NCBI RefSeq assembly: GCF_023169545.1
Contig: NZ_AP019769.1
Span: 600,001 to 632,000, forward strand
Source: Nanobdella aerobiophila
GTDB lineage: Archaea; Nanobdellota; Nanobdellia; Nanobdellales; Nanobdellaceae
DNA length: 32,000 nt
Direction of reading: 5' to 3'
The position numbers were made by a program, and so were the translations under genes. The notes beneath the pieces are model-generated. The model saw only the letters and a list, made by a program, of their open reading frames with translations. It did no database searches and had not been told where the DNA came from. This document shows positions 27,096-32,000 of the stretch, piece by piece; the first letter of the stretch is position 1, and every line of letters starts with the position of its first letter.

Positions 27096-28471
27096 TCTGA
27101 AGATATTTTACTAAATGCAACTATAAAGCCTATATTTATCAATGGTAGCCCTACATAAACCATTAGGTCTAATAATCCAGATATATTTGTGTTATATGTT
27201 TGCTGTATTATTGACATTAACATCACTCCAATAGATAGTATTATCATCGGTAATGTTAATACCATACCTACATATAAATCTGAAAAGGTCTTTGCAGCCT
27301 GCCCCTCTTTTTTCAATAGATTATTATATCTTATCATTTCCTGGGTAGAATATAACATTAGAAATTCTGATATTTTTCTCCCAGACCTTATTGTTAATAT
27401 AAATTCTTCTAAAAAGTCTTTTAATTCTTTTGATGGTGTCTCTTCAGCAACAGACTTTAGTGCATCAGTCAGGCTTTCTCCAATATTTATCCTTTCTATT
27501 ATCTTACCGATCTCCTTAGATAGATATCTATATTCTTCGGTTTCTGCTATCAATTTAAATATTTCTTTTGGTTCTATTCCTGCCTCTGCCAAAGAAGCCA
27601 TATGTATAATTACAAATGGTAGATTTCTATCTATATCATGTTTTATACTATTTTTCCTATATTCTAAATAATAATATGGTATTATTGTTATTACAAATAT
27701 GAAAAATAGCCCATAGAAGAAAAATATTATATTCTCAAGATATATTGTAATTAATAATAAAGATATAAATATTATGAATATTATGAATATAAAAAATGAT
27801 ACAAAAGCTTCTGGAGATATATTATAATATGTTTGACTCATATATGATTTTAATCTATAATATAATCTATGATTCCTATCCAATATATAACTTGATAGTT
27901 TTCCAAATATTTTAAATGATATATCAAATATCAATAATTTTAATTCATTGAAATAATCTACATTTTCTGTCTTTCTGTATATTTTCAGTTTTATCTTTTC
28001 TTTCTTTTCTTTTTTATTCTTTTTAAATAATACATCTTGGGCTTCAAAATATTTTTTGTCTAAGTATATACGGTTATTTTTGAATATTTTAGGAAAATAT
28101 TGGTCTATTTTATTCTGGAAATTAGTGTATTGATTGTAATATTGCTCTATCTTCGTATTTTCATCTTCCGTTTTTTGTTCCATAGTTTTTAAAAAAGATA
28201 TCATCTTATTAGCTTCATTTAAGTATTCTAATAAATTATATAATATCTTATATTTTCTATTATTCAATAATTTGATTTTTTCATTTATCTTATTATTTAA
28301 TCTATTATATTCTTTTTGATCTAGGTATCCTTTATCATACATATGATAGAAATGCTTTTTCCATTTCTTGCTTTTCCTTATCTCTTTTATTATAATTTCA
28401 AGTCTATTTATCTCCCTTTTTATCTTTTCAATATAATTATCAAGTTCTACCAATATCTCTTTATTTATCAT
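27092..28471 (-). CDS. T2SSF membrane protein, TadB/FlaJ half-like, with long N-terminal charged region
   Basis: 459 aa; DRNLPFVIIHMASLAEAGIEPKEIFKLIAETEEYRYLSKEIGKIIERINIGESLTDALKSVAEETPSKELKDFLEEFILTIRSGRKISEFL plus C-terminal TMs. Confidence 0.85.
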   Translation of the reverse strand: MINKEILVELDNYIEKIKREINRLEIIIKEIRKSKKWKKHFYHMYDKGYLDQKEYNRLNNKINEKIKLLNNRKYKILYNLLEYLNEANKMISFLKTMEQKTEDENTKIEQYYNQYTNFQNKIDQYFPKIFKNNRIYLDKKYFEAQDVLFKKNKKEKKEKIKLKIYRKTENVDYFNELKLLIFDISFKIFGKLSSYILDRNHRLYYRLKSYMSQTYYNISPEAFVSFFIFIIFIIFISLLLITIYLENIIFFFYGLFFIFVITIIPYYYLEYRKNSIKHDIDRNLPFVIIHMASLAEAGIEPKEIFKLIAETEEYRYLSKEIGKIIERINIGESLTDALKSVAEETPSKELKDFLEEFILTIRSGRKISEFLMLYSTQEMIRYNNLLKKEGQAAKTFSDLYVGMVLTLPMIILSIGVMLMSIIQQTYNTNISGLLDLMVYVGLPLINIGFIVAFSKISSE

Positions 28472-28515
28472 GATAAAATATTTTATATATTTAGAAATAT
28501 ATTAATTTTAAAATC

Positions 28516-30009
28516 ATGGTTAATATGAGATTCGTAGATAATATTAAATTAGAACTCCCAAAGGATAAGATTCAAACAAATATAATATATCCAATTATAG
28601 AACCATTTTCTTATGCTCATATATATTTTGATCAAAATAAACTAGATATAATATATGAAATCATAGAGCCAAAATTATCAGAAAGTGAAAGATCAGTTTA
28701 TGAAAATATAGTATATTATATAAAAAGATTATTATTCGTAAAGCTATCTGAAATAAATGATTTTAATCAAATAATGTCATATTTAGAAAGATTATATAAA
28801 TTTGTACTAAACGATCTAGGTATAAAATTAAATCAAGAATCTTATGATAAAATATTTTATTATATTTATAGAGATCTATACGGATATAATAGTATAGAAC
28901 CATTAATGAGGGATATATTTATAGAAGATATAGAATGTTCTGGCTCTAATTTACCAATATTTATAGCACATAGATATTTTGGAAATTTAAAAACAAATAT
29001 AATATTATCAGATAAAGATGTAAGAGATATAATTGAAAAATTCGCTTTAAGATCTGGAAAACATATATCTTATGCAGAACCATTATTAGATGCTACTTTA
29101 CCAGATGGTTCTAGAATCAATGCAACATATTCTCAAGATATCACTACAAATGGTCCAACATTTACTGTAAGAAAATTTAGAGAAAATCCATGGACACCAA
29201 TAGAACTAATTAGACTTGGTACGATAAGTCCAGAAATTTTAGCATATCTATGGCTAGCTATAGAATATAAGAAAAATATGATTGTCATAGGTGGTACTGC
29301 ATCTGGAAAAACTACAATGTTGAATGCAATATCTATGTTTATACCACCGCAGGCAAGAATAATTTCTATAGAAGATACAAGAGAAATAAGATTGTATCAT
29401 GATAATTGGATTCCATCTATATCAAGATATTCTTCTGATAGAAATAAGGAAATAGATATGTATGATTTATTAAGGATGTCATTCAGACAAAGACCTGACT
29501 ATGTAATTGTCGGAGAAGTAAGAGGAGAAGAAGCTTATGTAATGTTTCAGGGCATGGCATCCGGTCATGCTGCTTTATCTACAATGCATGCAGAAAGTTC
29601 TAGATCCTTAGTACAAAGGCTTATATCACCACCTATAAATTTATCTAAATCACTAATAGAGCTATTAAATATAGTGATTATAATGCAACACGATAATTTA
29701 AATGGAATAAATATTAGAAGAGTAAAAGAAATAGATGAAATAATAAAATATAATAGATTTAATAAAGCTTATATATGGAACCCATTTAAAAAAGAATATT
29801 TAGAAAATCCAAGAAAATATTTACTAAAGATAATTGAAAGAGACTATGGTATCGAATATGATAAATTATATAAAGAATATAAAAGAAGAATAAAGTTATT
29901 AAGAAGGCTATCAGAACTAAATATTTCAGATTTTCAAACATTTTCAAAAATAATACAAACTTATTATTATAATAAAGATTATATACTAAATTACTATAAA
30001 ATAAAATAA
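28516..30009 (+). CDS. Archaeal type II/IV secretion ATPase (FlaI/GspE2-like)
   Basis: 497 aa; GGTASGKTTMLNAI (Walker A), EDTREIRLYH (Asp box), VIVGEVRGEEAYVMFQGMASGHAALSTMHAE (Walker B/His box). Start may be ATG at 28528. Confidence 0.95.
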   Translation: MVNMRFVDNIKLELPKDKIQTNIIYPIIEPFSYAHIYFDQNKLDIIYEIIEPKLSESERSVYENIVYYIKRLLFVKLSEINDFNQIMSYLERLYKFVLNDLGIKLNQESYDKIFYYIYRDLYGYNSIEPLMRDIFIEDIECSGSNLPIFIAHRYFGNLKTNIILSDKDVRDIIEKFALRSGKHISYAEPLLDATLPDGSRINATYSQDITTNGPTFTVRKFRENPWTPIELIRLGTISPEILAYLWLAIEYKKNMIVIGGTASGKTTMLNAISMFIPPQARIISIEDTREIRLYHDNWIPSISRYSSDRNKEIDMYDLLRMSFRQRPDYVIVGEVRGEEAYVMFQGMASGHAALSTMHAESSRSLVQRLISPPINLSKSLIELLNIVIIMQHDNLNGINIRRVKEIDEIIKYNRFNKAYIWNPFKKEYLENPRKYLLKIIERDYGIEYDKLYKEYKRRIKLLRRLSELNISDFQTFSKIIQTYYYNKDYILNYYKIK

Positions 30010-30014
30010 AATTA

Positions 30015-32000
30015 TTAGGGTTCGAGTAGATTATATAGCTTCACGGGATATTCAGATAGTCAGCTGAACTCCTTTACGGAGCTTACACTGCTATCTTAAC
30101 GGATCTTCTATCCGAGCCCTTAATGGCTGTCTATTTTCAAGGAAGGCTTCACCCTTAGATGCTTTCAGGGCTTATCCTTCAGGGTGTGGCTACCGGGCCT
30201 GCCCTTTTCGGACAACCCGTAAACTAGAGACCCCGATCCACCGTTCCTTTCGTACTAGGTGGACCTTTCCCTCAGACAGCCGACACTTCCGACAGTTATA
30301 ACCGAGCTGCCTCGCGGCGCTCTAAACCCATCTCACGATCTCCTTTAATGGGTGGGCACCCCCACCCTTGGCGGCTTCTGCACCACCAGGATGGAGAGAG
30401 ACGACATCGATGTCGCAAACCGCGGGGTCAATAGGGGCTCTCGCCCGCGACGGCGCTGTTACCCCCGGAGTAGCTTTTTCGCCAGCCCATACCCCCACCA
30501 AAGGGAGTATGGGGTTCGCTAGGCCCAGGTTTCCCTCCTGTATCCCTTGATGGTCAGGATACAGCCAGGCTAGCTTTTGGCCTTGTCCTCTACAGCGGAT
30601 TTCTAACCCGCTTGAGCTAACCATATGGACCCTGCCGATATCTTTTCGGCAAGGTGCCGCCCCAGCCAAACTGTCCACCTGCTGATGTTCCCTTTCGGGT
30701 CAGCCTTAAAAGATTTGGAGGTGGGTGTTTCATCGTCGCATCTTTCTTACCTAGCGGCAAGAATTCATAGCTCCCCACTACACTACACACCAAATCTTTC
30801 AAGGCAACAGCAAGCTACAGTTAAGCTTCACGGGGTCTTTTTTACCCATCGGAAGTCCCTGGCTTTCTCACCAGGATGGCTTTTCAGGAGGTACCAGCCC
30901 GGGACAGTGGCGGACTAGTTACGTCGTTCGCAAAGCCGGCAATTAACCGGCAAGGCATTACGCTACCTTAAGAGGGTCAGAGTTACCCCCGCCGTTTACC
31001 GGTCCTTAGCTCCCTTGAACGGGAGGTTCAGATACCGACACTGAGCAGACGTCACCCCCAGTACACATCCTTTCGGACTAGCTGGGAGCTATGTCTTTAA
31101 TAAACAGTCCGCCCGCCCTTGTAACTGCGACCTGCAGTACTATGTACCGCAGGCATCCCTTATCCCAAAGTTACGGGACCATTTTGCCGAGTTCCCTGGA
31201 CTGGTTTAACCTCACGGCCTTAGGCTGTTCACCCAGAGGACCAATACTGGATTGCGGTACGATCGTTCGGAATCGCATCTTTTTCCTTTTCATTGCTAGA
31301 AGGCCTCGGCAGAACCTTTCGGCCCGTCAGGATTTAAGCTGGTTCTCATCATGACGATACTCCCCAGCTTTATCTCCCTTAGTATGATAGGTAGATTTTA
31401 CTCTACCCTCATATCTGCCTAGCCCTCTAGGTCGGAAAAAGAAGTTGCGTCACCGCATCTATCCGAACGGTAGAGGAATATTAACCTCTTTCCCTTTCTC
31501 CGAATCCCTCTCGGGAATCGGATTAGGATCGACTAACCCCAAGCTGATCTTCATAGCTTGGGAAACCTTTCCCCCTTCGGCCAATAGGATTCTCACCTAT
31601 CTCATTCTTACTACCGCAGAGATCTTCATTCTCAACGGCTCCAGGTTTCCTTTCAGAAACCCTTCTAGGCCATTGAGACGCCCACCTACCTCACGCCGGA
31701 CAATGTCCAGCGGACTAAGGTCTCGGCAGCCAACTTAGACCCGTCCGTTTGCGGAGCCTATCTCCTCGCCAGGTGAGTTGTTACACACTCCTTAGATGAT
31801 AGCCACTATTGGGCCCACATCCCTGGTGTCTTAGGAAATAGACTCCTTCTAAATCTATTAGCTGGCATTTTGGGGCCTTAACCTTAGTCTCGGTTGTTCC
31901 CGTCTCGGAATTGCGGATTTCCCGCAATCCCCTGCTCCCAGATAAAGGACCTTACAGCTTCGGAGTTGGACTCTATATGGGAATCCCATATAAAATCCGT
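30015..32000 (-). rRNA. rrl: 23S ribosomal RNA, 3' two-thirds (5' part beyond window end)
   Basis: Reverse complement of universal 23S motifs on the + strand, e.g. GGCTTCACCCTTAGATGCTTTCAGG and CCCCAGCCAAACTGTCCACCTG. Exact 3' end uncertain (30010-30050). Confidence 0.97.

Noticed and set aside
30322-31738. ORFs inside the 23S gene (118, 60, 61, 97, 87 and 97 aa)
   Set aside because: Lie within unambiguous 23S rRNA on the opposite strand.

Overview
The window is an AT-rich archaeal segment with very compact gene packing. Many genes overlap by 1-4 nt, and no start codon I inspected has a Shine-Dalgarno-like motif. The 16S rRNA (5' end about 21055, 3' end about 22538, + strand) and a partial 23S rRNA (about 30015 to past 32000, - strand) are unlinked and in opposite orientation. 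The 16S starts TCCCGTTGATCCTGCGGG and has four mismatches to the 515 universal primer site. Together with truncated or split Lhr helicase, archaeosine tRNA-guanine transglycosylase and NEMF/Rqc2 genes, this points to a Nanoarchaeota-like (Nanobdellota, DPANN) symbiont. That placement is inference. Recognisable genes: EF-2, CDGSH protein, Dph6, class I GATase-like, large surface protein, NFACT-R protein, Cas4-like nuclease, three tandem small ferredoxins, three tandem paralogous membrane proteins, a CBS x4 + S30AE-like protein (candidate ribosome hibernation factor), exosome Rrp4/Rrp41, Lhr core, metallophosphoesterase, eL33, nucleotidyltransferase+HEPN fusion, degenerate HIT protein, CaCA-like exchanger, TgtA, uS19, cytochrome b, two T2SSF membrane proteins and a FlaI/GspE-like ATPase. 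Best leads: (1) a 16S 3' end with no canonical anti-SD, bounded by a predicted processing stem; (2) a cysteine-free TgtA lacking its zinc site; (3) the CBS-S30AE fusion; (4) cytochrome b in an apparently reduced symbiont genome; (5) a GC-rich candidate structured RNA at 4586-4690; (6) a three-domain NT-NT-HEPN protein; (7) the tandem membrane-protein array. No CRISPR array, mobile element or complete tRNA was found.
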